Part shown: in pieces, positions 28,368 through 38,519 of the stretch | Numbering within the stretch: the stretch's first letter is position 1 | Layout of the letters: every line of letters begins with the position of its first letter | NCBI GenBank assembly: GCA_042219485.1 | Contig: JBDGPV010000003.1 | Span: 1-60,689 of the forward strand | DNA: 60,689 bases | Source of the DNA: Haloferacaceae archaeon | GTDB lineage: Archaea; Halobacteriota; Halobacteria; Halobacteriales; Haloferacaceae | Direction: 5' to 3' | Program-made: the position numbers and the translations under genes | Notes under the pieces: model-generated | Database searches by the model: none | Told to the model about the DNA's origin: nothing | Seen by the model: only the letters and a program-made list of their open reading frames with translations

Positions 28368-28925
28368 ATGAGCGACCCGGAGACAAGCGACATGGGCGAC
28401 CTCTTCGACGAACTCGAGGAACTCGAGGCGATGGTCAGTTCCCCGGCGGCCCAGGAACAGGTCCGCGAGACGATGCGCGTGGCCATGGAGACCGCGCAGC
28501 CGACGAGCCCGTTCGGCCGCGTCATCCGGGGGTACGACAGGGGGGACCTCGCCGAGGCCTTCCTCGGGAGCATCCTCTTTGGCATCCCGATGGCCGTTGA
28601 GGGCGGGACCCAGGAGGTCGGGGCGTTCCTCGCGGATCGCCCCGCCTTCCTCGCCGGGACGGCCCTGTTCGCCGTCGGCCTCACCATCGGCATCCTGTAC
28701 GTCGCCGACATCCAGCACGTGCGCGTCCACAAGCCGATCCTCGGCCTGGTGCCCCGCCGGCTCGTGGGGGTGCTCGGGGTGTCGTTCCTCACGGCGGTCG
28801 TGATGCTCACCGCCTGGGGGCGGGTCGACTGGGGGACGCCGACGGTGGCGCTTGCCAACGCCGTGGTCGCGTTCGTCCCGATGAGCGTCGGGGCGTCGCT
28901 CGGCGACCTCCTCCCGGGGACGTAG
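28368..28925 (+). CDS. Membrane protein (DUF2391-like) with an acidic N-terminal cytoplasmic segment
   Basis: 185 aa. An acidic N-terminus is followed by 4 hydrophobic helices (FLGSILFGIPMAVEGGTQE...). It is the 3' end of a 1024-aa shadow ORF. Confidence 0.6.
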   Translation: MSDPETSDMGDLFDELEELEAMVSSPAAQEQVRETMRVAMETAQPTSPFGRVIRGYDRGDLAEAFLGSILFGIPMAVEGGTQEVGAFLADRPAFLAGTALFAVGLTIGILYVADIQHVRVHKPILGLVPRRLVGVLGVSFLTAVVMLTAWGRVDWGTPTVALANAVVAFVPMSVGASLGDLLPGT

Positions 28926-29037
28926 GCCGCCCGGATCCCCGCCCGCCGGGGCGGTCGTCACCGGTCCGCCGGCGCCGGCCGTCCGGCCGGTTTCGCCCCT
29001 CCGGAAGACATAACCGACGAACGGCGATATCGCGGGT

Positions 29038-30039
29038 ATGGACGCCTACGAGCGCATCACCCGGAACGCGGCCGAGGCCGTGACCGAGGGGGAGGTCCGG
29101 TCGCTGGCCGACGATCCCGGGGGACGGCGGGCATACGTCGGGTACGAGCCGTCGGGGGTCCTCCACGTCGGGCACATGCTCACGGCGAACAAGCTCATCG
29201 ACCTCCAGGAGGCGGGCTTCGAGGTCGTCGTGCTGCTGGCCGACGTGCACGCCTACCTCAACGACAAGGGGACGTTCGACGAGATCCGGGCGACCGCCGA
29301 GCGGATGCGGGCGCAGTTCCTCGCGTACGGCCTCGACGAGGACCGGACCGAGTTCGTCCTCGGCTCGGAGTTCCAGTTCGACCGTGAGTACGTGCTCGAC
29401 CTCCACGCGCTCGAACTGGAGACCACGCTCGCCCGGGCCGAGCGGGCGATGAGCGAGATCAAAAGCGGCGCGACCGTGACGGTCTCGCAGGCGGTCTACC
29501 CGCTGATGCAGGCGCTGGACATCGAGTACCTCGACATCGACCTCGCGGTCGGGGGAATGGAACAGCGGAAGGTCCACATGCTCGCCAGGGACACGCTGCC
29601 GTCCGTGGGCTACGAGGCCCCGACCTGCCTCCACACGCCGCTGATCGCGGACCTGGACACCGGCGTCGGGAAGATGTCCTCCTCGGAGGGGGTCACCATC
29701 TCGATGGCGGACTCGGCGGCCGACATCGCGGAGAAGGTCGAGGGGGCGTACTGCCCGCCGACCCGGGACCCGGAGCCGACCGACGACGGGGCGGCGCGGG
29801 AGAACCCCGTCCTCCAGCTGTTCGAGTACCACGTCTTCCCGCGGTTCGACCGCGTGGTCGTCGAGCGGCCCGAGGAGTACGGCGGCGACCTCGCCTACGA
29901 GTCCTACGGGGCGCTGGCGGCCGACCTGGAGGCGGGCGACCTCCACCCGGCCGACGCGAAAAGCGCGCTCGCGGGCTACCTCGACCGGCTGGTGGCGCCG
30001 GGGCGCGAGCGCCTGGCCGCCATGGCCTCCGGCGAGTAG
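29038..30039 (+). CDS. tyrS: Tyrosine--tRNA ligase
   Basis: The HIGH variant LHVGH, the KMSKS variant KMSSS, and archaeal TyrRS length of 333 aa. Confidence 0.93.
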   Translation: MDAYERITRNAAEAVTEGEVRSLADDPGGRRAYVGYEPSGVLHVGHMLTANKLIDLQEAGFEVVVLLADVHAYLNDKGTFDEIRATAERMRAQFLAYGLDEDRTEFVLGSEFQFDREYVLDLHALELETTLARAERAMSEIKSGATVTVSQAVYPLMQALDIEYLDIDLAVGGMEQRKVHMLARDTLPSVGYEAPTCLHTPLIADLDTGVGKMSSSEGVTISMADSAADIAEKVEGAYCPPTRDPEPTDDGAARENPVLQLFEYHVFPRFDRVVVERPEEYGGDLAYESYGALAADLEAGDLHPADAKSALAGYLDRLVAPGRERLAAMASGE

Positions 30040-30096
30040 GCCGGCCGCTCCCGCCGCCGTCCGGCGGGGCGACGGCGCCGGCCCGAGTGTCGGCGG

Positions 30097-30104
30097 GTTT
30101 AAAC
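30097..30104 (+). promoter_or_regulatory. TATA box of the aIF1A promoter
   Basis: GTTTAAAC centred 28 nt upstream of the ATG at 30129. This supports the internal start over the track start at 30087. Confidence 0.5.
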
Positions 30105-30128
30105 CGACGGCCCGACCACGTGCGGACG

Positions 30129-30416
30129 ATGAGCGAGGACAACGGGTCCCGCCGCGACCTCCGGATGCCCGACGACGGCGAGGTGTTCGGCGTGGTGACG
30201 GAGATGCTCGGCGCCAACCGGGTGCGGGTGCGGTGCGCCGACGGCGTCGAACGGACGGCCCGGATTCCGGGACGGATGCAAAAGCGCATCTGGATCCGGG
30301 AGGACGACGTGGTGATCGTCGAGCCCTGGGACTGGCAGGACGAGAAGGCGGACGTCGTCTGGCGGTACGAGAAGAACGAGGCCGACCAGCTCCGCGAGGA
30401 GGGCCACATCGGGTGA
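30129..30416 (+). CDS. eif1a: Translation initiation factor aIF-1A
   Basis: S1/OB-fold sequence [46 protein letters not shown]. Confidence 0.92.
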   Translation: MSEDNGSRRDLRMPDDGEVFGVVTEMLGANRVRVRCADGVERTARIPGRMQKRIWIREDDVVIVEPWDWQDEKADVVWRYEKNEADQLREEGHIG

Positions 30417-30817
30417 TCCGCCCGTCCGCCCGGTCCGCCCCGTCCGTCCCGTCCGGCTCCGGTCCGTCGTCCGGGCCCCCCATCGACGCCGCCCGGCCGG
30501 CGGCCCGGCCCCGACGGTGACGCGAACGGCCGGGCGCGGCCGTCAGGGACGCCCCCGGCCGCCCGGGAGGTGATTCCGCCCTGTCCGACACGACCGACAC
30601 CTGTGCGTTCTGTGGCCGACCGCTCCCGGACCGGGCCGCCGCCGGGGCCGACGGCGACGGCCCAGGCGGCCCGGACGAACCGGTCTGTAGCGACGGCTGC
30701 CGGGACCTGCGCGGGACGTTCGACGGGCCGTCCCCGGAGGCGCCGGCTCCCGGATCCGGGGACGTCCCGTCCGACAGCGGGGCGCCCCCCGCCCGGACCT
30801 TCCTCCGCGTCGACGGG

Positions 30818-33058
30818 ATGCACTCGGCCGCCGCCGAGCCGTTCCTGGAGTCGGTCGCGGAGGGGTGTGCGGGGGTACTCGACGCGGAGGCGAGCTACGT
30901 CACCGAGACGGTCCGGGTCGATCACGACCCCGACCTGATCGCACCGGCCGACCTGCGGGACGCCCTGAGCGTCGCCGGGTACGACGCCGCCCCCCGAGAC
31001 GACGCGACCGTCGACTCGGCCGCGGTCGCGGCCCGGTCGGCCGGCATCGCGGACGTGCTCGGCTACCGGTACGCCGCCGGCGTCGTCTTCGCCGCCTTCC
31101 TCCTGCTCCCGTACGTGCTGTTGACCTATCCGGCCCACGCCGCCGCGCTCCTGGGCCTCGACTGGGCCGGCGCCGTCGGGTTCGGGGGCGGGGTGGGTGG
31201 GCGGCTGCTGGCGCTGCCGCTCTTTTTCACCCTCGCCGGCGTCGTCCTCCTGTTCACCGGGGCGCCGCTGTTGCGCGGGGCGTACGTCAGCCTGCGCATG
31301 CGGCGGCCGACGACGGACCTGCTCGTCTCGATCACCGTCGTCGGCGCCTTCCTCTACGGCACGCTGGCGGTCGCCCTGGGTCGGATCGACGTCTACTACG
31401 ACCTGACCGTGGCCGTCGCCGCCGCGGTGGTGGCCGCGAACTTCTACGAGCAGCGGAGCAAGCAGCGGGCGGTCGCGCGGCTCACCGAACTCACGCTGTC
31501 CCGCGTCGACGAGGCGCGGCGGTACGAGGCCGGGGGCACGACCGCGACGGTGCCCGTCGAGGAGCTGTCGCCGGGCGACCGCGTGCTCGTCCGCCGCGGC
31601 GAGCGGGTGCCGGTGGACGGCGTCCTGGCCGAGGGGGCCTGCACCGTCGACGAGTCGGTCGTGACCGGCGAGTCGCTCCCGGTCGTCAAGCGCGCCGGCG
31701 ACCCCGTGGTCGGCGGCTCGGTCGTCACCGACGACGCGGCGGTCGTGCGGGTCGAGGACCGGGCGTCGCGGGGCATCGACGACCTGCTCGCGGCGGTGTG
31801 GGAGGTCCAGAGCGCGACCCACGGCGCCCGGCGCCGGGCCGACGCGACCGCCGCGGTCGTCGTGCCCGCCGTCGCCGCCCTGACCGTCGCCGTCGGGGCC
31901 GGGGCGCTCGTGCTCGGCGCGGGAGCCCCGGCCGCCGTGCTGGCGGCCCTGGCGGTGCCGCTGGCGGCGTGCCCGTGGGCGCTCGGCCTGGCGACGCCGC
32001 TCTCGGTGGCCACGAGCGTCGCCGAGGCGACCGAACGGGGGATCGTCGTGTTCGACGAGACCGTGCTCGAACGCCTCCGGCGCTCGGACGTCGTCGTCCT
32101 CGACAAGACGGGGACGCTGACGACCGGGCGGATGACCGTCGTCGCGAGCGAGGGGCCCCCGGACCTGCTGGCGGCGGCCGCGGCCCTGGAGCGCCGGGCC
32201 GCCCACCCCGCCGCCGCGGCCGTCGCCGACGCGTTCCCGGCCCCGGGAAGCGGCGGCGGCGACGGCGACGGCGGCAGTGCGGACACCGACGACGGTGACG
32301 ACGGCGACGGCGGGCACGACGACCGCGTCGAGTCGTTCACGAGCCACGCGACCGGCGTCGAGGGGGTGGTCGACGGCGACCGGGTGCTCGCCGGCCACCC
32401 CGACCTGTTCGCCGAGCGGGGCTGGTCCGTGGACGAGGGGATCGAGGCGCGGGCGGCCGAGGCGCGGGCGGCCGGCCGGCTCCCCGTCGTGGTCGGCCGG
32501 GACGGCCGCGCGGCCGGGATCGTCGTCGTCGGCGACGAGCCCCGCGACGGCTGGGCGGACGCGCTGGCCGACCTGGGCGAACGCGGCGTCGAGGTGGTGT
32601 TGCTCACCGGGGACGAGGGGGCGGCGGTCGACCGGTTCGCCGCTCACGAGGCCGTCGACCGGGCCGTCGCGGGCGTCCCGCCCGAGGGCAAGACCGAGGC
32701 GGTCCGCCGCCTCGGGGCGGACGGGCAGGTGACGATGGTCGGCGACGGGACCAACGACGCGCCGGCGCTGGCCGCCGCCGACCTGGGGGTCGCGCTCGGG
32801 AGCGGCACGGCGGCGGCGTCGGACGCGGCCGACCTCGCGGTCGTCACCGACGACCTCTCGGCCGTCGGGACGGCCTTCGACCTCGCGGCGGCGGCCCGCC
32901 GCCGGGTCGCCCGGAACAACCGGCTCGCGCTGGTCTACAACGCCGTCGCGGTTCCGGCGGCGCTCGCGGGGCTGCTGAACCCGCTCGTGGCGATGGCGGC
33001 GGCGGTCCTGACCGGCGGCCTGCTGTACGCCAACTCCGCGCGGGACCTGCTCGACTAG
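30818..33058 (+). CDS. P1B-type (heavy-metal family) P-type ATPase with degenerate metal-binding motifs; the true 5' end is unresolved
   Basis: TGES, DKTGTLT and GDGTNDAP are present. The TM6 motif reads CPW instead of CPC. The HMA-like GMHSAAAE lacks CxxC. The open frame continues upstream to 30521 and encodes a Cys-rich ribbon, but without ATG, GTG or TTG. Confidence 0.75.
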   Translation: MHSAAAEPFLESVAEGCAGVLDAEASYVTETVRVDHDPDLIAPADLRDALSVAGYDAAPRDDATVDSAAVAARSAGIADVLGYRYAAGVVFAAFLLLPYVLLTYPAHAAALLGLDWAGAVGFGGGVGGRLLALPLFFTLAGVVLLFTGAPLLRGAYVSLRMRRPTTDLLVSITVVGAFLYGTLAVALGRIDVYYDLTVAVAAAVVAANFYEQRSKQRAVARLTELTLSRVDEARRYEAGGTTATVPVEELSPGDRVLVRRGERVPVDGVLAEGACTVDESVVTGESLPVVKRAGDPVVGGSVVTDDAAVVRVEDRASRGIDDLLAAVWEVQSATHGARRRADATAAVVVPAVAALTVAVGAGALVLGAGAPAAVLAALAVPLAACPWALGLATPLSVATSVAEATERGIVVFDETVLERLRRSDVVVLDKTGTLTTGRMTVVASEGPPDLLAAAAALERRAAHPAAAAVADAFPAPGSGGGDGDGGSADTDDGDDGDGGHDDRVESFTSHATGVEGVVDGDRVLAGHPDLFAERGWSVDEGIEARAAEARAAGRLPVVVGRDGRAAGIVVVGDEPRDGWADALADLGERGVEVVLLTGDEGAAVDRFAAHEAVDRAVAGVPPEGKTEAVRRLGADGQVTMVGDGTNDAPALAAADLGVALGSGTAAASDAADLAVVTDDLSAVGTAFDLAAAARRRVARNNRLALVYNAVAVPAALAGLLNPLVAMAAAVLTGGLLYANSARDLLD

Positions 33059-33103
33059 GGCCCGGAGCGGCGGACTTTTGTCCCGCGGCGCTCCGGGTCG
33101 GGT

Positions 33104-33472
33104 ATGGCGCTCGATCGGGCGACCCGCGCGCGGCTCCCGGCGGCGGCCGTCGCGCTCCTCGTCGCCGCCGGCGGCCTCGCGCTCGCCGCCGGCGTCGCGC
33201 TCGCCCTCCTCCCGTTTCCCCGGCTGCTCGGGGTCGCCGTCCCGCCGGCCTACCGGCTGGTGCTCGCCGTCCTCGCCCTCCTCGGGGGCGGGGTCCACCT
33301 GCTCGCGGCCCGCTGGGTCCGGCGACGGCGGAGCCTCTTCCGGGTGGCGATGGCGACCCTGATCGGGATGGTGTTCCTCCAGGCCTCGGCGCCGCTCGAC
33401 GTCCTCGCGCTGGCCTGCCTCTGGCTGAGCCGCGACGAGTTCGGCGCCGACGGGTCCCGGGGCGTCGCCTGA
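33104..33472 (+). CDS. Small membrane protein (3-4 helices)
   Basis: 122 aa and hydrophobic. A GACTTTTGTCC box lies about 26 nt upstream. Confidence 0.5.
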   Translation: MALDRATRARLPAAAVALLVAAGGLALAAGVALALLPFPRLLGVAVPPAYRLVLAVLALLGGGVHLLAARWVRRRRSLFRVAMATLIGMVFLQASAPLDVLALACLWLSRDEFGADGSRGVA

Positions 33473-33500
33473 GATCCCGCCGGGTCTCGGGGCGGCGGGC

Positions 33501-33556
33501 GGGTTCCCCACCGCCGGACGCCCCTCGCCGGACGGGTTCCCCACCGCCGGACGCCC
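33501..33556. repeat. Tandem direct repeat, 2 x 23 nt (GGGTTCCCCACCGCCGGACGCCC), period 33
   Basis: Exact copies at 33501-33523 and 33534-33556, in the spacer upstream of rio1. Confidence 0.85.
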
Positions 33557-33638
33557 GCCGCCGGGCGACGGTCCCCTCCCGCCTTCCCGGCGCCGCGGCC
33601 GCGGACTTATCCCCCCGGGCGGCCTACGCTGCCGACGA

Positions 33639-34535
33639 ATGACAGGGGGCGAGGAGTACGGGCTGGTCGAACCGGACGCGGCCGACGGCGTCGGCGACGA
33701 GTGGGAGACCATCGACGTCGCGGACACGGACGCCGACCGGATCGCGCGCCGGCAGGACCGCGAGTTCGCCGAGTTCCGGGAGCGGCTGAAGGACACGGAG
33801 CGGTTCAAGGTGCAGGACTCGGTCTTCGACGACGCCACCCTCGCCGCCGTCTACAAACTGGTCCAGGACGGCCACGTCGAGGCGTTCGGCGGCCCCATCT
33901 CGACCGGCAAGGAGGCCAACGTCTACGAGGCGCTGGGGCGGGACGGCCGGGACGTCGCGGTCAAGGTCTACCGGATCACCGCCTCGAACTTCCGGCAGAT
34001 GCGCGAGTACCTGGAGGGCGACCCCCGGTTCGAGGGCATCGGCGGGGACAAGAAGGCCACCGTGCTCGCCTGGACGCGCAAGGAGTACGCCAACCTCGAA
34101 CGGGCGCGGACCGCCGGCGTCCGGGTGCCGGAACCGATCGCCGTCCAGCGGAACGTCCTGGTGATGGAACTGGTCGGGCTGGTCGAGGACCGGGCCCGGC
34201 GGCTGGCGGAGGTCGACGTGGAGAACCCCGAGACCGCCTACGGGGTCGTCCGGGAGTACATGCGCCGCCTCCACGACGCCGGCCTCGTCCACGGCGACCT
34301 CTCGGAGTACAACCTCATCGTCCACGAGGGGGAACTGTACGTCATCGACCTCGGGCAGGCCGTCACCGTCCACCACCGGAACGCCGACGAGTTCCTCCGC
34401 CGGGACTGCCGGAACGTCGCCGCGTTCTTCCGGCGACAGGGGGCCGACACCGACGCCGAGGCCCTCCGCGCGTACGTGACGGGGGCGGACGCACAGGAGG
34501 GGGCGGACGCGTCCGGGGGGTCCGGCGGGCCCTGA
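33639..34535 (+). CDS. rio1: Atypical serine/threonine protein kinase Rio1
   Basis: ISTGKEANVY, VKVYR, LVHGDLSEYN and IDLGQAV. Confidence 0.9.
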   Translation: MTGGEEYGLVEPDAADGVGDEWETIDVADTDADRIARRQDREFAEFRERLKDTERFKVQDSVFDDATLAAVYKLVQDGHVEAFGGPISTGKEANVYEALGRDGRDVAVKVYRITASNFRQMREYLEGDPRFEGIGGDKKATVLAWTRKEYANLERARTAGVRVPEPIAVQRNVLVMELVGLVEDRARRLAEVDVENPETAYGVVREYMRRLHDAGLVHGDLSEYNLIVHEGELYVIDLGQAVTVHHRNADEFLRRDCRNVAAFFRRQGADTDAEALRAYVTGADAQEGADASGGSGGP

Positions 34536-34582
34536 TCCGGGCCGGGTGGGCACATGAAAGTGCTTAACCGGACTCGCCCGGT

Positions 34583-35134
34583 ATGGCGGCTATGCAACAC
34601 GTGAAGGTCCCGCAGGACCGCATCGGGGCGCTCGTCGGTGCGGGCGGCGAGACGATGCGGGAGATCGAGCGGCGTGCCGAGGTCCGCCTGGACATCGACA
34701 GCGAGACCGGCAGCGTCGCCATCGAGTCCGTCGGCGACCCCGTCCGGGGCATGGTCGCCCCGGACATCGTCCGGGCCGTGGGCCGGGGCTTCGCGCCGGA
34801 CGTCGCGCTCTCGCTTCTGGACGACGAGATGCGGATGTTCGAACTCATCGACGTCTCCGAGGCGGCGCGCAACAAGAACGACCTCCAGCGACAGAAGGGT
34901 CGCCTCATCGGCGAGGACGGTCGGACCCGCGAACTGATGGAGGAACTCACCGGCGCCGACGTGGTCATCTACGGCACGACAGTGGGGATCATCGGCCAGC
35001 CCGAGGAGGTCGAGGCTGTCCGCCGCGCCGTGGAGATGCTGCTCGACGGCGCCCCCCACGGCTCGGTCTACGCCTTCCTCGAGCGCAAGCACAACGAACT
35101 CACCCAGGGGTTCGACGTCGGCCGCTCCGGCTAA
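34583..35134 (+). CDS. KH-domain RNA-binding protein (archaeal Dim2/Pno1-like)
   Basis: MQHVKVPQDRIGALVGAGGETMREIE and a second KH with GRLIGEDGRTRE. A leaderless start at the second ATG (34592) fits the CTTAACC box better. Confidence 0.8.
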   Translation: MAAMQHVKVPQDRIGALVGAGGETMREIERRAEVRLDIDSETGSVAIESVGDPVRGMVAPDIVRAVGRGFAPDVALSLLDDEMRMFELIDVSEAARNKNDLQRQKGRLIGEDGRTRELMEELTGADVVIYGTTVGIIGQPEEVEAVRRAVEMLLDGAPHGSVYAFLERKHNELTQGFDVGRSG

Positions 35135-35220
35135 CTCCTATATAAAACACCTCTCGACAACCGTTCACACACCGAGCGGAGCGGCCGATTCGGCCGATCG
35201 GACGCCGCGTTCCAGAACAT

Positions 35221-35229
35221 TTTTATAGA
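35221..35229 (+). promoter_or_regulatory. TATA box of the thermosome promoter
   Basis: TTTTATAGA centred about 29 nt upstream of the ATG at 35254. Confidence 0.6.
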
Positions 35230-35253
35230 ACCACATACAACTCGTATCCGATT

Positions 35254-36951
<1,698 letters not shown>

Positions 36952-37051
36952 GCGCGGCCCACACCACGCCCCCCACCCGATCCGCGCCCCGTTCGCCGAA
37001 CGATCCGCTTTCTTTCGACGCCGCGCTCCCAGCGGCGGCGCCGTCGGGCCG

Positions 37052-37082
37052 GTCGCTGCACGGGCACGGTGGGATTCGAACC
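37052..37082. repeat. 31-nt exact duplicate of the tRNA-Arg 3' end plus flank (att-like half site)
   Basis: GTCGCTGCACGGGCACGGTGGGATTCGAACC occurs at 37052-37082 and again at 37157-37187. The second copy overlaps the last 22 nt of the tRNA. Confidence 0.9.
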
Positions 37083-37165
37083 TCACTCGCTCCCGTTCGA
37101 TCGCTCACCCCCCGCTCCCTGCTTCGAATCCCCTGCGTGCCGGTTCGCTCCCTGCAGTCGCTGCA

Positions 37166-37240
37166 CGGGCACGGTGGGATTCGAACCCACGACCACCGGA
37201 TTAGAAGTCCGGCGCTCTCTCCGGGCTGAGCTACGTGCCC
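37166..37240 (-). tRNA. tRNA-Arg (anticodon UCU)
   Basis: Hand-folded 75-nt cloverleaf: acceptor GGGCACG/CGTGCCC, D arm GCTC/GAGC, anticodon arm CCGGA-CTTCTAA-TCCGG, T arm GTGGG-TTCGAAT-CCCAC. No CCA is encoded. Confidence 0.9.
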
Positions 37241-37355
37241 CGGCCGCCGGTGGGCCGGCGAGCGGCAAAAGGAATGTGGCTCGGGCCGCCGGGGGTTCGG
37301 CCGGCCGTCGGCGGAAACGAACCGCATAAGGCCGGCCGCGGGGAAGGCGAGGCCG

Positions 37356-38018
37356 ATGCGAGTCATCGGGACCGTCGGCCTCCCCGGAAGCGGCAAGGGG
37401 GAGGCCGCGGCGGTCGCCCGGGAGGAGGGCGTCCCGGTCGTCGTCATGGGCGACGTGATCCGGGAGGCGTGCCGCGAGCGGGGGCTGGACCCGGCCGAAC
37501 ACCACGGCGAGGTCGCCCGGGCGCTCCGCGAGGAGGGGGGTCCGGACGCCATCGCGGCGCGGTCGCTCCCCCGGGTCGAGGCGGCGCTCGACGACGGCGG
37601 GACGGTGCTGGTCGACGGCCTCCGGTCGCCCGCGGAGGTCGACCGGTTCGAGGCCGCCTTCGGCGACGCGTTCGTGGTCGTGAGCGTCGAGGCCCCCTTC
37701 GAGGTCCGCGTCGCGCGCCTCGCCGAGCGGGGACGGGACGCCTCCGACGCCGACCGCGAGGCGCTCCGGGACCGCGAGGCGCGCGAGCGCGGGTTCGGCA
37801 TGGACGAGGTGATGGCCGACGCCGACGTGCGGATCCGGAACGCGGGGTCGCTCGACTCGTTCCGCGAGCGGGTGCGCCGCCTGCTGCGCGAGGGGCCGGC
37901 CGCGCTCGCGGACGGCGACGGGGGCGCCGGCGGGTCGGACCCCGCGCCCGACGGGGACGGGCCCGACGCCGGGGGAGCCGCCGACACCGACGGACCCGCT
38001 CCGGGTGATGGGTCGTGA
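37356..38018 (+). CDS. P-loop kinase-like protein (UPF0200 / dephospho-CoA-kinase-like family) with an acidic tail
   Basis: MRVIGTVGLPGSGKGE Walker A, adenylate/DPCK-like layout, and a Gly/Asp-rich C-terminus. Confidence 0.7.
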   Translation: MRVIGTVGLPGSGKGEAAAVAREEGVPVVVMGDVIREACRERGLDPAEHHGEVARALREEGGPDAIAARSLPRVEAALDDGGTVLVDGLRSPAEVDRFEAAFGDAFVVVSVEAPFEVRVARLAERGRDASDADREALRDREARERGFGMDEVMADADVRIRNAGSLDSFRERVRRLLREGPAALADGDGGAGGSDPAPDGDGPDAGGAADTDGPAPGDGS

Positions 38019-38416
38019 TCTACAGCATCGACGTGCGGATCGTCGCCCCCGTCCGGCCGACCGAACTCCCGGAGCGGGTGGCCGACGCCGTGCGGAACCT
38101 CTTTCCGGGGGCCGACATCCGGCACGAGGACCGACGGATCGTGGCCGAGACCCACGACCTCGACCACCTCTCCGAGCGCCTCCACGAGCAGGAGATCCTC
38201 GACACCGCCCGCCGGGAGTTCCGGCGGCGGGCGGACGCGGACGGCTTCTCGTTCGCGCTGAAAAAGCAGGCGGCCTTCGAGGGGGTGGTCAACTTCGCGG
38301 TCGGGAGCCCGGACGAACTCGGCGACATCGAGGTCCACGTGACGGTCCGGGACCCCTCGGTCTCGGAGTTCATCGACCACGTCGCCCCCCGGACCGAGGA
38401 CGGCGATCCCGTCTGA
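38015..38416 (+). CDS. UPF0201 (COG1931) putative RNA-binding protein
   Basis: 133 aa. Its GTG start overlaps the upstream stop (GTGA). The MIYSIDVRIVAPVRPTE...VNFAVGSPDELGDIEVHV pattern matches the family usually paired with UPF0200. Confidence 0.7.
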   Translation: MIYSIDVRIVAPVRPTELPERVADAVRNLFPGADIRHEDRRIVAETHDLDHLSERLHEQEILDTARREFRRRADADGFSFALKKQAAFEGVVNFAVGSPDELGDIEVHVTVRDPSVSEFIDHVAPRTEDGDPV

Positions 38417-38488
38417 GCGCCGCCCCTGCCGTCGGTCCCCGTCCCGTCTCCCGCTTCCGGCCCCGACGACCGCCGCCGAGTCGGCTAG

Positions 38489-38496
38489 TTATATAA
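38489..38496 (+). promoter_or_regulatory. TATA box of the lipoprotein gene promoter
   Basis: TTATATAA centred about 28 nt upstream of the ATG at 38520. Confidence 0.6.
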
Positions 38497-38519
38497 CCCT
38501 CGCCTGACCAATCGGTATC

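Noticed and set aside
28300-28371. 23-codon upstream ORF (MTADATAGAPADRSVPTRGGGPA) overlapping the DUF2391 start by ATGA
   Set aside because: It has no TATA-like box at the right distance, its composition is indistinguishable from background, and it is too short to evaluate. I kept only the downstream gene.
24004-28386. 1460-aa minus-strand ORF, the longest in the track
   Set aside because: Its composition is dominated by Arg/Gly/Pro/Ala/Val/Asp with no recognisable domains. It lies antisense to four well-supported plus-strand genes (rnz, phzF, DUF460, DUF2391). This is a typical stop-codon-poor shadow frame of a ~70% GC genome.
29693-33838. 1381-aa minus-strand ORF
   Set aside because: For the same reason: it is antisense to tyrS, eif1a and the P-type ATPase, has Arg/Pro/Gly-rich low-complexity translation, and carries no motifs.
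37052-37156. A second tRNA, or an intron-containing or split tRNA, downstream of tRNA-Arg
   Set aside because: A 79-nt segment has a partial acceptor pairing (GGCACG/CGTGCC). However, no D arm forms (GGGG...AGGG), and the T stem 5' half (TGAGG) does not pair with CCCAC.
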